In this document: in pieces, positions 25,801-39,070 of the stretch | How the letters are laid out: every line of letters begins with the position of its first letter | Numbering within the stretch: position 1 is the first letter of the stretch | From: Catajapyx aquilonaris | Lineage: Eukaryota | Direction: 5' to 3' | DNA length: 61,037 nucleotides | NCBI GenBank assembly: GCA_000934665.2 | Contig: KZ538574.1 | Location: 1-61,037 of the forward strand | Made by a program: the position numbers and the translations under genes | The notes under the pieces: generated by a model | Told to the model about the DNA's origin: nothing | The model's input: only the letters and a program-made list of their open reading frames with translations | The model's database searches: none

Positions 25801-25902
25801 CAGGCTCCGTCGTGGGGAAGCATTCTCATCCCTCTTCTTGCTGGCCAAGCGGCTGGACTTGCGCTCGGGGAACATGACAGCAGCCGCACCAAGACCTGAC
25901 AT
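22884..25902 (-). CDS. Cdc6: Cell division control protein 6 (AAA+ licensing ATPase), ~533 aa
   Basis: Exons 25902-25575, 24958-24759, 24536-24373, 24064-23634, 23560-23319, 23120-22884. Walker A GAPGTGKT, Walker B LVLDELD, GIANALDLTDR, GDARKALDVCRRA. Confidence 0.95.
25088..25249. mobile_element. MITE family AGGTGCATTTACATGTGAGCGATTT, copy 1
   Basis: Palindromic and shares ends with the copies at 25352 and 48165; superfamily uncertain. Confidence 0.7.
25352..25519. mobile_element. Same MITE family, copy 2
   Basis: AGGTGCATTTACATGTGAG ... CTCACTTGTAAATGCACCT. Confidence 0.75.
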
Positions 25903-26080
25903 GGCTGCAGATGGATGGACACCAGTCATAAAGTGACCCCAGCCCAGCATCAAGAGTGGTGGTGATGGGTACGTACCTGGCTATCCGGATGTGAGGAGAG
26001 GAAGCAGCTGCAGCAAGACGTCCTTTGTTGGCCAGGAGCGGGAAGGAGCGTGGGAAAAGCCCGGCAACCACTCCGGCACT

Positions 26081-26090
26081 GGCGGGAAAA
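26081..26090 (-). promoter_or_regulatory. E2F-type site in the Cdc6 5' region
   Basis: TTTTCCCGCC on the minus strand matches TTTSSCGC; Cdc6 is a classic E2F target. Confidence 0.45.
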
Positions 26091-26811
26091 TGAGCAGCGG
26101 GGGAGCAGCCAGCAGGAGACGGTGGCGTCGTCATCGTCTGCTGAACCCAACTGCGCAACAGGGATGCTGGCAAGTTGAGTTGTACACCGGCGTACCGGTA
26201 CGCAAATTATGGGAAATTACGATGTTTCGTAAGGCTGGGAGGGCTGATTGCCGTAAATTAATTTTTGACTCATAATTTTCGCCACATTTGCATATCAAAA
26301 AACACCTCTATCTGCGACCAGTATAGCTGCTATCGGCACTTCCGACTTTAAACATAACCGTTATATTAGTTCCGCTTTGGTTCGGTTCGTTCCGGCCGCC
26401 ATGTTCCTTGCGTTGCGTAGAAAGTCGTTCATTGCGTAAAAGGACGGCGTCTGCGTGACGTTATTCGTCTTTGGTACGTCCTACGTCCTGGTGCAGGTAC
26501 GTGCGTCGCATTTGGTGGAGCAGTACGGCCCTGGCAGTACGAGTAGGGTGAGTACACGCAGCGCAGGACCGCTGAGTTTGGCGAATCAATGGGATTGGAA
26601 CGAACTCCACCATGCGCGTGAGGGGACGCCATTTTGAGCCGAGTTCTTGCCGAGGGCAGGCAGATGATGATGCATTCCAGGCAGGACTACAAAACCTTAG
26701 AACATTGCTGAAAAAGTAGTTGGGTTTCCGTAGAGGTGGGTGAGACTACAAAAAAAATATTTCTTGCGTCCAGGTCCCATCACGCAAGCGAAGTACACGA
26801 CGGAGTGAACC

Positions 26812-29800
26812 ATGTCGTCGGTGGTGGTGCAGCCTGCTCCTCGACCGCAGCCCAGCAGGGAGAGGCACGACAGGTCCAGGAGCCCCAGACGGCAGAGGAG
26901 CAGCAGCAGAGACCGTAGGCGGAGAAGGTCCAGGAGTCCTGAGAACAGACGGGAACGAAGGGAGTACAAGATTGGGTCGAGGTACTGGAGAGGCGGCAGT
27001 GAAGAGAGAAAGGTGAGACCTGGTAGTATGATTAGAGCCCGTGTATAAAGGCCCATTCACACAGGACATCGACGGTTTTGGTCTTTGGCCGCGTTGACAC
27101 CACGGACCAATCGTGACTCATGTAAACGTGTTGCGCTTGTTTGCATGAGTCATGATTGGTCCACGGCGTCAACGCGTCCAAAGACCAAAACCATCGACGT
27201 CCTGTGTGAATGGGCCTCAATGCAAATCAGTCTAACCCAGTACCTTACGTGTGCAAAAGAAAACTTAAGTAGGCCTGATATACTGAAAATTATAATTTCA
27301 CCACCTTACTGCTACGCCTGTGATGAAAAATGTGGAACTGCTCTAACCGCAGTACATTACCCCAAGCCAGAGAAATCTAATGATAAATTAGCACTAGAGC
27401 AGCACCAGAAGGCATTTAAAAATATCGGGTTATGTACAATGTTATTGTGTTTAGCCAGATATTTTTAATGGCTCAAACTTGCAGTGAGCAAAGTTTGAAG
27501 GAACCCTATGATTCACTTAACACAAGTCATGAAATTGCTTTAAGAAGATTCTGAAAGAAATGAGGTGATTTTTTTCTAGTCACCACCTGAGAGGAGGGAT
27601 GGCAGGCGCCGTGATGACAACAAAGAAAATATGTCGTCGAAACGTAAGCCTGATTCGGATTCCCAGGAGCCAGAGGGGAGCAATAAGAAGGCCAAGAGTG
27701 AGAAGAAAGAGATTGACCCCTTGCTGACCCGCACGGGAGGAGCATACATCCCACCAGCCAAGTTGAAATTGATGCGTGAGCAGATTACAGACAAAGCTTC
27801 CTTGGCCTACCAGCGCCTGGCATGGGAAGCACTGAAGAAGTCGATTCATGGGCTTATCAACAAAGTGAATACATCCAACATCAAGGTTATAGTAGTGGAG
27901 CTGCTTAGGGAAAATGTGGTGAGGGGAAGGGGACTTCTGGCCCGTTCCATTATGCAGGCCCAAGCTGCTTCGCCAACCTTCACACATGTCTACGCAGGAT
28001 TGGTCAGCATCCTCAACTCAAAGGTTAGTTGTAACACAGGATCAACTTTTAGCACAGGCTTCTTTGATACTTAAATACTATAATGGTGAATTGACTGCCC
28101 TAATTTACCTTTCTCATTGTTCCAGTTTCCTGTTATTGGTGAGCTTATTCTGACCCGCCTGATCATCCAGTTCAAACGCAGCTTTCGTCGCAATGACAAA
28201 GCTCAATGCTTATCATCAACCCGCTTCATTGCCCACCTGGTGAACCAGAAAGTTGCCCATGAGATTCTCCCCCTCGAGATAATCACTCTCTTGCTGGAGA
28301 ATCCCACCCGAGATTCCGTAGAGGTTTCTATTTCTTTCCTGAAAGAGAGTGGCCAGTACCTCAGCCAGGTCTCACCAAGGGGTGTTTTTGCAATGTTTGA
28401 GCAGCTCAGGCATGTGCTGCATGAGGGAAACTTGGATGTGCAGGTCCAGTACATGATTGAGGTCATGTTTCAGGTGAGTCAATATTTCAGATATGGTTCT
28501 GTTAGGCCAGGTTGCAGCATTGTGTGTTTTTCTTAAAACTCCAGGTTAACATAGTGGTTTCTGTCCAACAGGTGATGAAAATGGTAACCCTGCGGTTTTG
28601 AGTGAATCACATAATGGCGCAACTCAGCTTTATTGGGTGTTGAACATTATGTTTTCACACAAACCTCCAGTTGTTACAATTTTGCATTGCTATGAGCTTT
28701 TCTTGTGATACTTTTTAAGGGCCGGTTGATCCAAGGCAAGATTTGCATGCAAGTATGGATGTACCCTTATTATTAATTGCAAGTTCATTGTTGCCAACAA
28801 TTATTAATAAGGAAGATAGATACATACTTGCACCAGGGAGCATAATAATTATACTGGTTGCACATAAATCTTGCTTTGGTTCAAGCGGCCCATGCCACAT
28901 AGCCAGGGGGCCTGTTTAATTAGGACCCACACTTTCTTGCAAAATATTGCCAGTAAGCATTCACTTGATGATATGAGTTTTGTCCAGCATATTGAAATGA
29001 ACACGTTTTCCAGGTCCGCAAGGATGGGTTCAAGGACCACCCGATGATCCTGGATGAATTGGATCTGGTGGAGGAAGAGGATCAGTTCACACACTTTCTG
29101 TCCCTGGAGGATGCAAAAGAGACCCAGGACATCCTAAATGTGTTCAAGCATGATCCAGCCTATGAAGAGGGAGAAGCCAAGTATGCATCCCTGAAGAAAG
29201 AAATCCTGGGGGAATCCAGTGGAAGTGAGTCTGGCTCAGGGGACGAATCTGGGGATGACTCAGATGAGGACGAGGAAGGCGGTGAGGGTGGGGAGGAAGG
29301 GAATAGTGGCACCATTGTTGACAATACCGAGACCAATTTGGTGGCGCTCCGTCGCACCATATATCTGACCATCCAATCCAGCTTGGACTATGAGGAATGT
29401 GCCCATAAGCTGCTGAAGATGGAACTGAAGCCAGGTCAAGAGGTGGAGCTCTGTCACATGATCCTGGATTGCTGTGCCCAGCAGAGGACCTACGAGAAGT
29501 TTTACAGGCTTCTGGCCCAGCGTTTCTGTCAGATTAATAAGGTGTATGTCGGACCTCTTGAACAGATATTCCGGGACTCGTATGACACCATACATCGTCT
29601 GGAAACCAACAAGCTGAGGAATGTGGCCAAATTCTTTGCCCATCTCCTCCACACTGATGCCATCTCCTGGGATGTATTGGCCCACATTCGCCTCAATGAA
29701 GATGATACAACTAGCTCCAGTCGTATCTTCATCAAGATCCTCTTTCAAGAGCTCGGAGAATTTATGGGTCTCCACAAACTCAATGAAAGGATCAAGGATC

Positions 29801-31539
29801 CGTGAGTTATTCACTGCTTTAAATGAAAATCAAAAGTAGTTATCCCATTAAAAATATAAATATTCATTTTAATTTTTACTCTGCAGGACAATGCAGACTG
29901 CCTTCGAAGGTTTGTTCCCAAGAGACAACCCTCGCAACACCAGGTTCGCCATCAACTTCTTCACATCCATTGGCCTTGGAGGACTTACGTAAGTCAGGCC
30001 ATGACTCCCTTATGGTGACCTGCAATTCAATCATGTAACTAATCACTTTTCTTCTCACAGGGATGACCTTCGTGAGCACTTGAAGGCCCAGTCAAAGCAA
30101 CGCCCTCCTCCCCCTGTTGCTCCGGTGGCACCTGAAATGCCAGTGATGAGAGTGGAGAGAGTTGGAGATGCATCCAGTGAGGACTCGGACTCAAGTGATA
30201 GCAGCAGTTCATCATCATCGACTACCTCAAGCTCTGACTCCACCTCCACATCCTCCAGCAGCAGTTCCAGTGACTCAGGTGCAACATGCCTCTAATTAAC
30301 CCCTCTCACTTAGCAAATGGATGTTAAATTTGATTTTATAATGTTAATGATATGTATACAGTTGAATCAGGATATAACAGACTTCAAGGGACCGAGAAAA
30401 GTCTGTTACAACCAAGGTCTGTTATAGCCAAATCTCCATTTGTCAACAAAAACACAAGTTTTATGCTTTCATATGCTTATAATGCACACTACTGCATATT
30501 TATTAATGAAACTATCCATAAACATGCAACATTAGCTCACCCGTAACTTAGTCAGGACCCCAAAAATTCCGTCATTTTCTTCTGCCGTCTCGTCCATGCC
30601 AAATATACCAGAAAAATAATTATTTTGACAATTTCGGTAAGTTTTGCTTCAGTGACTCTACGCAGGTGCACACGTGCACACTGAAGCACTTGCGTGCACG
30701 TCTGCGAAGAGTTCGTCCGGGGGGAAATGCCATCATTCAACATGACAATGCTCAGCCTCACCAAAGTCGGGAGACAACCGCCGCGTTGGAGACGATGCAG
30801 TTCCGCGATGTTTTGCCTCACCCACCCTACAGTCCAGACCTAGCCCCCTGTGACTTCTGGCGATTCCCGAAGATGAAGGAACATCTGAAGGGCAAGAGTT
30901 TTGCTTCCGACGAAGAGGTCGCCAATGCAGTGCGTTGTTGGTGTCGTAAACAGCCAGCCTCATTCTTCTCTGACAGCATGCAAAAACTAGTGCGTCGATG
31001 GCGGAAGTGCGTCGGCGGAAGTGCATCGCCGTCGGTGGGGACTATGTCGAAATATGAATTGCTCCTTGGAAAGTCGGCATTTCAAACTTTATCTTGAATG
31101 TGACGTCTTTCATGGTCATCCATGAATAGACCAGGAGGCAAAATTTATTGAACAACCCTCGTACTACTATTGTGCCAGAAAGAATTCGTAATTAATAAGA
31201 TCCCTTATAATCAGTAACAACCTATGTAACCAGTGCCTTATTCCAACAGGTGAAAAGTCAAAGCACAAGAATCAGAAGAAGAAACGTGAGACAGCATCTA
31301 AGAAGAAGGCGACAAAAAGCAAGCAGAAGAGGGAAGTAAAGCAGAAGGAATTAAGACCAAAACAGAAGGATACAAAGGAGAGGCACAGAGATTCCAAGCA
31401 GAAGCAAAAGCAATCAAAGGAAAAGGAAAGGACAACAAAACACAGGCACCAAGAACCTAGAGAGAGGCCATCAGACAGGGAGAGACCTGTAAGGGACTCA
31501 CGAAAATCAGATTCCCATGCCAGGAAATCTCGTCGTTGA
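26812..31539 (+). CDS. CWC22: Pre-mRNA splicing factor CWC22 (MIF4G + MA3 domains), ~796 aa
   Basis: Exons 26812-27012, 27580-28023, 28126-28473, 29014-29801, 29887-29988, 30061-30278, 31250-31539. Motifs [44 protein letters not shown]-rich N-terminus and charged C-terminus. Confidence 0.95.
27049..27217. mobile_element. Palindromic MITE in a CWC22 intron
   Basis: AGGCCCATTCACACAGGAC ... GTCCTGTGTGAATGGGCCT with ~79-bp arms. Confidence 0.8.
30359..30435. mobile_element. Tigger/pogo-like terminal fragment
   Basis: TA|CAGTTGAATCAGGATATAAC; a related end TA|CAGTTGAATCCGGATATAGC lies at 36570. No partner TIR seen. Confidence 0.45.
30666..31161 (+). mobile_element. 5'-truncated mariner transposase remnant with right TIR in the last CWC22 coding intron
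   Basis: HDNAQPH and [13 protein letters not shown] motifs. A duplicated GGCGGAAGTGC frameshifts off the GGDYVE tail. Ends ATTTATTGAACAACCCTCG|TA. Confidence 0.9.
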
Positions 31540-32250
31540 TACTAACACCCACCCTGCCTCCTTAACAAGGTACAAAACAACTGGTCTGTTTTAAGAACCT
31601 TGCAAGAAGCTTACGCACATGTTGCTAGCTACACTTTTAAAAACTTTAAGCGCCATCTTGGGATCTCCATCACTTGTGTGTCTTTCAGTGACATTTCCTT
31701 GATAAACATGGCTGGGAATAAAGGAGGGAATGAACTTTGCTTTTTATCCAGTGTAGGAGACAAACAAAGCTCTCTTTTAGTAGCTGTTAAATTCCACTGA
31801 TAAGCCTCCCACCAAATAATAGTAATACCATTCATTTGGTTAATGTTGTGTGTGTCAACCGCCAACTGCAGCCTGTCCCAAGCCCCAGTCATTTGCGATT
31901 TGCCCACCCCTCCTGCAGGCGCCAGTGACTGCTGTTCTGACACCAAGTGGCCCCAAAAAAGTGGCACACCTTGCTGCTCAAGCGTGGCGGCTGGGTTTGT
32001 GACTTTTTCCTGCAAACTAGCTGGGTTTCCTTCGAGTTAGAGCTGGTCATTGCTGCCCTTAAATTTAAAGGCAGGATGGCAATTGTTTTTGTAAAGGGCG
32101 TGACTTCAGAATATAAAAATAGTCCCACCCCCTTTTACCCTAAAGGCCGTTCCCGAGATGGCACTCTTATTGCTTCCCAAAAATTACTCTTCCATTCAGT
32201 AAGATACAAAGTGCAAGTGACAAAACCATCACATTGTTTATGCAACTTGC

Positions 32251-35200
32251 TTATGGCAGCAGGTTACATTTGTGTCCTTTAGTGTACTGCTGTGTGTCGA
32301 CGCCCTCCCCCACTGCTGGGATCTGAGAAGGGATGTGGCAGGGTGCAGTGACTGCTAGGTACGGAGGACACTGGTAAGGGAAATTTGGGGTGGCGTCAAG
32401 GGACAGGACCCTGGACTGGTGGAAGCGGTTGGCCTCCATCTCATCCATCACATTGCGGAAGGTCTCCAGACACACCTTGTCCTCGCCCCATGGATCCCTC
32501 CTGGCTGCCTCAGCATATGTCTGGTAAAAGACATCATCGGACATATCCACTCCAATACTTCGCCACAGGGCACGGATGTCATCAGATGTTCGAGGCTGTA
32601 TGGAGGGACAGAAGTAAGGTAAGATAAGAGATCCTTGGCAGAAGTACATGCAGGAGAAATAAAGTAGCAGTGTGCATTTTTGCAATCTTGATTAACAGTC
32701 TTGGTTTGATCATGATTCACTTATGATTTTTCGTTTCAAAGATTTTGAATTTATTGTTGAAGCAAGAGTAAGACGTTTTTCTCGTAAGATGTCATGATCA
32801 TGGTAGTGAGTTTTTGTCATGCAATGGAAACTGGACATATTTGCAAGAGGTGCATAAGCTGTTGCAAAAAGGATGCATTCTTTGGTTTGTGTAAATAATG
32901 CGACATGAATGTGAAATTTATATTTGTACACATGGGATACTTTTTTACAGTGACTTGTACATTTCTTAGTTGTGCTGTAGTACTCAACTAGAGAGAACTA
33001 TTTTGTGCTAGACATTGCATTTTAAGAAGCCGCCACTGAAAAGGTCTTCTCTGTTTATTTTCAAAGTAGTTTTTTTTTGGTCCAATATCTGGACAGGATT
33101 AATGTTTGTGTTAGGTTAAATTATTACTTACGTATATTGAGTGATAAATGTATTTTCATACGAATGAGTTTTTGTACAGGTTGCAGGGAAGTGTATGAAG
33201 GGAATTATTACTTGTGTTCACTGACATACTGTAAGGCTATTGTATTACAGTTTCCATTTTATTTCTGTGAAACCAAGTGACATTAAAATGGATTTGTCGT
33301 GTATACCATGTGGTTAGTACTAAATTGACTACAACTTTGTTTATATGTCACCATGAAAATGACATGAGGAATTCCAGAACTGGGAGAACCATCCACAGCA
33401 CCTTTTTCCACTAACATGGAAGAACATTTTGGAATTCTCTCTTCCAACTTCCAAGATGTTTGTTGGTTTTAGAGTAATCCATAATGGTAGAAGGTGGGCT
33501 TGCTACATAACCAAATTAACCAAATGGAATCTAGTAGCATAGTCATTCATTCACATCCAGGAATGATAACCACACTGCCAATGCTGCTTGTTCATTTTAG
33601 GCTGCCAGATGCAATTGGGTGATTTGAGTGTAATTTGGAAAACTATTTTCCCATTTCTGAACTCTAAGACCCATTTCCATAGTGACATGTAAAAGCTCAA
33701 GGGGTCTACACATGAGATTACAAATCAGTAGGGGCCATGCTGTCCTTCATCCTGGAGCAGCCTGTGCCAATTGGAAGATCCTTACGACTAAAGGTAGTGT
33801 CAAAACTGCCAGTGTGTAGACCTCTGAAGTTGCATGAACCTACTCACCTTAAAGAAATCTTCTGGCCCAACTCCCATTACTGTGTAAATGGATGGGCTGA
33901 TCAGAGATTTTGCATCAAGCTGATCCCCATAGTTAGTACTATCTGAAACCTTTCTAACTCTTGGAGCACCCAGATCAGTTCTGATGGTGGGAACACCCAA
34001 AGGTCGCATCTCAGCCTTTTCATAGGCCTTGTCATGAAAGTCCATGAATGCGCATCTGTACGAGGAAACAAAAGAGGTGTCTTGCCCCTCAACTGCTGGC
34101 TGTAGAATACTTTCTTGTGTGAGCTTGGCTAGTGCAGGGGGAGTCTCTTCCCAGCTCATGAACTTAATGAACTTGGGGTAACACATTGTTCCACAGCCTT
34201 GATCCAAGCAATTATCACATGCTTCCATTATGGACGGGAGCAAGTGTGGTTCCACGGCCACACCCAACTGGCCACACACTTTAGCAAAGTCAGACAATTT
34301 CAATATACCTATATTGTCCTAGAGAATGGGAATAAAAGAAGCACTGTAATATTAAATAATTAAATTATATTAAAGATGCACCATCACCAAGTAAAAGCAC
34401 CGACCTTGTCATAAAATCGGATCATATCCTCAAAGTCCTGTATGGAATAATGGCGCTTGTCCAGCCTCATTCGTATCTTGTTGGCCAGAAACCATAACTC
34501 ATGTTCTGGTACAGGCCTGCGGCCAGGAGGCCTCAGTCCTAGAAAGTCTTCCATACCATAGACGTTGCGGTGTACTGGACCAGACTCCTTGCTCTCATCA
34601 ATCACTATTGGGGGTCTAATCCTGAGAAAAACATGATTTAGAATGGCGCAGTACTCCTCTTGGTTACAACTTGCCCGTACTTGGTGGAAGGTTTCCCAAT
34701 TCGTGGCTTGGTGTGCTTGAGGAACTCGGCTTGTCTGGCCAGAATTTCCTTTGGCTTGAGCACATCGCTATAGTCAAAGCAGCACTTGGTGACCCTACCA
34801 GTGAACTCAACACCTGTCGGCTTGCCAAACATTTGTTGTGGATCAAACCTCTCATTGTAACTAGGGAAGCAGAAGAGATCAGAGCAGGCCATGGAGCAGC
34901 TGTAATGCAAGGCCAACAAGCAACATACCCTCTCCTCCTTTGTTCCGCTGCCTGGTAATCCTTATGCGACTTGACGTACATGTCATGGGCCACTCGACTC
35001 TCTTCAACCACCTGTGGGTGACTTTTCCTGGGGTTGACTATCGGACCAGCAGGTGGACCTTACAACCAGGATGTCAGTATTTATTTGGTACCAATAGCAC
35101 GTGAACTTACTGCGCTCCACCACCTTTCCAAATGTTTCCTTCTCAGGGTTCATGTCTTTTGGCAAGTTGAGTGATGCATCACGCACCTTTCCTAATGGCA

Positions 35201-35748
35201 TCCTGCTTCTGGCATATATTGCCTCTCGCCTTGTTAGGTTCAAGTTCTGGAAGTCAGTCAGTGGCTGTGGGGAAACTATCTCCGCCATCTGCGACGTTGG
35301 GAATGATATTGTCATTGAATCTATTCAAGTTAAACATGGAGGATTAAACACAATACCAACCGAGCCACCTTCGCCGGGTGTGGGATAGATGCATTGTTCA
35401 GGAATAGGTTGGACTTCGGCTAATTTCAAATCTCTTGCTATCCTCACTCTTTCTTCCAGGGTGGTGCACATTTTGGGAGCTGTGACCTTCCACCTCATGC
35501 AGTCCCATACTGATTCAGAGAAGCATTTCCGTACCCCCGCCTGCGTAACAAATGTAACCCTAACTTATGGTTGAAAAAAAAACTGGATGTGAAGCTAGAT
35601 CTCTTTGGAGTCAACTCACAGGATTGACTTCAGGGAAACGGTTGAACTGTGGGCTGCATATCAGGCGGCATACTTTCCCTGTGTTCTCTTCGATCACTTC
35701 AGGGTATATTTGATATACAGGGTATGGAGACTCTTCTTCTTTATCCAT
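32251..35748 (-). CDS. EFHB: EF-hand domain family member B-like (EFHB/CFAP21), ~609 aa
   Basis: Phase-consistent exons 35748-35620, 35540-35361, 35288-35111, 35058-34929, 34860-34681, 34621-34405, 34318-33848, 32595-32251. Motifs GVPTIRTDL..PRVRKVSDSTNYGD, YVKSHKDY..EQ..R.Y, VCLETFRNVMDE. Confidence 0.85.
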
Positions 35749-37240
35749 CGTCAATTTGAATTTTGTTGGGTATTCCGTAGACAGTGCTAAATGCACTAGC
35801 TGTTTGGTAGATTATGTTGGCTTTAAATAAGGGCCACTACCATGGTAACTGAGGTAGTACATAGTGATAAAGAATAATAAATAAATACAATGTAATGCAA
35901 GAAAGTGTTACAGTATAAAGGCAAGTCACAAAATGGTGAAAATTAAGCAAGCAATGTGCTAATAAACAACAATATAAAAATGTGATTGAAAAGTTTTGGA
36001 TCATGCTAGTCTTTTCCATATGAGTAGTACATGAACATTGCTTGGTTGAGAGAGAAATAACTTATTTTAAGGGCGATAGCATAGACCGTAGCATAGATTT
36101 CAACAATGAATTTTTTCAACATCTTATACTTCTTGTTACCCTTTTTTTATCCGCCCTAACTCAAGTTCTGCTGTAGGTAGAGCTTCCAAATTTTGAACAC
36201 AGATCCGCACCGTCGTGAAGTGCGTTCCTACCATTTGCAGCTAAACTGAATTCCTCCTCAAACCACCACAAAAAATTTAAAACCACTAAAAAATACGTCT
36301 CTATTTTTTTGCCCGATAACTATTCGGAATTCGGTTTCTTCATCAAAGGGCTGAATGCGCAGTAGGATGGTGTTGATCTATGTTCAAAACCTCGCAGTTC
36401 CACCTGCTGCAGGATTGAAGTTATGATTTTTTTCCCCAAATTTTTTCCGTCAAATACTTCATTTGTTCGTGATTCCATCACCTAACAATGTCAATTCCTA
36501 TTTACACCTCGCCATATTGTTAGGGAAATGTTACCCTGCTGCTCTGGGGTGAACGGATTGTACTTATTACAGTTGAATCCGGATATAGCAGCCTCGGCTA
36601 TAACTATACAGACCTTTGGTTATAAAGGCCGGTCCCGGCATGCTTCCATAAGACCGTGTGTATTTTACTCCTGACAAAACAGACTCATTTTCACCTCACC
36701 TCAGGTATACCACACCATTTCTTGGCCCTCGGTGGGAAAATATAGTTTTCCAGGTACAAAATTTGCACAAAGGAGACTGAAGAAAATTTCGGATATTTTG
36801 ATCCTTCATCATTTTCGGGTGAGCTAATATTACATTTTTGACAGATTGCATTAATAGGTATGTAGTCTTGGAGTAGTGCATATTGCAGCCATATTGAAAG
36901 CAGAAATCTCTTGTTTTCATTGCGTGACGAATTGGATATCGGAGCTAGAGTCTACTAGGTCATCATTCTCACTTTATTCATACTTATAGTGCTTCATTGT
37001 TGCCATTTCTAGGATACGGAGTGGAAGACTACTATTGTTACTGGAGTTCTTATTCCGACTGCATGTTTTCCGATCGAACCATTTCCTTGTGAGAATTGGG
37101 TAGTGGTCAGACTAAACTTTCTTCTGTGTCTGCCTACTCCAGTCTCCTGAACTAAAAATATTATAATGTATTAATATGTATAATATTAAAATGAGGCATC
37201 ATTGTACCTATTCCGTACTGTCAAAAAAGAACTGAAATTA

Positions 37241-37925
37241 TATCAAAAACATTCCCTTCAGTGAAAAAAAAGAGGTTGTAAGACCTCCATGGCGGAATGA
37301 AAATACTGAAACAAGGCAGGCGCACGTAAGACCTTCACCAATTGATTTAGGGAAGAACTGAACCCATCCTCACAGACCTGGAAATTTTCTCTCCTGAAAA
37401 TGCAGAAGCCATTCATTCGAAAAAGACCATCGAAAATTCACCAATTTACGTCTACATGTGAAAAATTAAACATTACAGTTAAAATCAGCATCTAAAAGAG
37501 GTGACGATTCTGCATAAATGTTTCATGGCAATAAATTTGAATGCATCGTCTAGAAATTCAGTGCGCTTAATATTGAAGTTCATAATTTCAGAAAACACTA
37601 TATGGAGTGGCTTACGGAAAATTAATGGGAAGAATTTCCGTACTACTACTAAGTAACTATAATTACTGTTAATTTACCAGTACCATTGCAGTACTACACT
37701 GGTACTGCTGTTAGAAGTAATTAGTAGTAGGACGAAAATTCCACAAATTGGTTTCAGAAAGGAGACTTCATGAGCAGTAAATTGGAAATTGCTTGAGTAA
37801 GACCTATGGTACAGCTTAAATCAATTGGTGAAGGTCTTACTTGCGCTTGCCTTGTTTCAGTACTTTCATTCCGCCGCGGAGGTCTTACTACCTTTTTTTT
37901 TTCACTGAAGGGAATGTTTTTGATC
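37241..37925. mobile_element. Non-autonomous element with ~108-bp TIRs
   Basis: ATCAAAAACATTCCCTTCAGTGAAAAAAAA...CACCAATTGATTTA (37242-37349) is inverted at about 37817-37924; TA flanks. Confidence 0.8.
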
Positions 37926-38202
37926 TAATGCTGTGTACAGTACACTTGCACAAATCTGGATTGTCATCTCCATATGAATCTTCCATCAATCCTGATAACT
38001 CCTTTATCAGGTATTTTACGTTTTCCCCTTGATTGCTACATCATCTTTCTGTCTCAAAGAATGTTAGCAAGATAGGTAATCTGTCGGAAGCCTATATTTG
38101 GCTTGGCCCGCCAAGATAATTGGTGCAAATGGTTCTTGATAGCACTACCTTTAAAAGTGAACCCAAGAATTAATTTCAAAGAGGTGTTTTTGAGCCAATG
38201 CA

Positions 38203-38319
38203 NNNNNNNNNNNNNNNNNNNNNNNNNNNNNNNNNNNNNNNNNNNNNNNNNNNNNNNNNNNNNNNNNNNNNNNNNNNNNNNNNNNNNNNNNNNNNNNNNN
38301 NNNNNNNNNNNNNNNNNNN
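38203..38319. other. Assembly gap
   Basis: Run of N followed by poly-G. Confidence 1.
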
Positions 38320-38879
38320 GGGGGGGGGGGAGGGGAGAGAGCTGCAATTTCTCAACAACAAAGTGTGGCTCACAAATATACCCACATAAACAATTGTCTA
38401 ATTAATGTACCGCACTGTAATACGTATATTCTGAAACAAGCTGAACAGATGAGAGCTGTCATTTATCCCTTCCATAATTTTACAGTGCTAGCTATGCAAC
38501 TGATCCAACTGATGATAATGATATAAATGCACGTTGTATTTCGCTCAATCTTCCTGCAATAACTGCAGCATCATGTTAATCCTCCCGTCCTCGAGATAAA
38601 GCGGCCAACTTCTCCGGCTGGATACGATAATAAAACGACGTCCTGCGGGCATAATATAATCAGCGGAGACAGAAGGGGGCGGTCTCGGTGGACTTTAAAT
38701 AGCCGCGGTCAACGACTCGGACAGAATGGCGAGAATGTACTAGCACCATACAGATAAGAGATGACGACGGAATCACCCCCACAAAATATTCCCACGTAGA
38801 AAAACACCGTCTGGTTAAACACATTGTTTAAAATGTCCATTCAGGGTGCCAAAAACCCGAATTAAACCAACGCACCTTG

Positions 38880-39070
38880 AAACGGAAGTGATCATGTCGA
38901 TTACTATCAGTTGACAGCGTGACGTTCGCCGCCATTTTCGGTCCAACCGGTTCCTGCAGGCCAATCAGCGCGCTGCTTCCAACCAGGATTGCAAATGGCC
39001 GCCTTCTATCTCCACACGAAGGCACCGCACCCTTCAATCGTGTTGCGGAAGGATATTGAGTCACTTCCGG
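38880..39070 (+). promoter_or_regulatory. Probable Rab5 promoter
   Basis: ETS-like CGGAAGTG and CACTTCCGG, YY1-like GCCATTTT and AAATGGC, and CCAAT. Followed by a GC-rich non-coding exon ending GAAG|GTACTT at 39439; acceptor at 41226. Confidence 0.55.

Noticed and set aside
30665..31097. SETMAR-like fusion of CWC22 to the mariner transposase via the CAG at 30665
   Set aside because: The CWC22 donor at 30278 is phase 1 but the transposase frame needs phase 0; the joined frame stops early.
31629..32282. Overlapping ORFs between CWC22 and EFHB
   Set aside because: No motifs; consistent with 3'UTR sequence.
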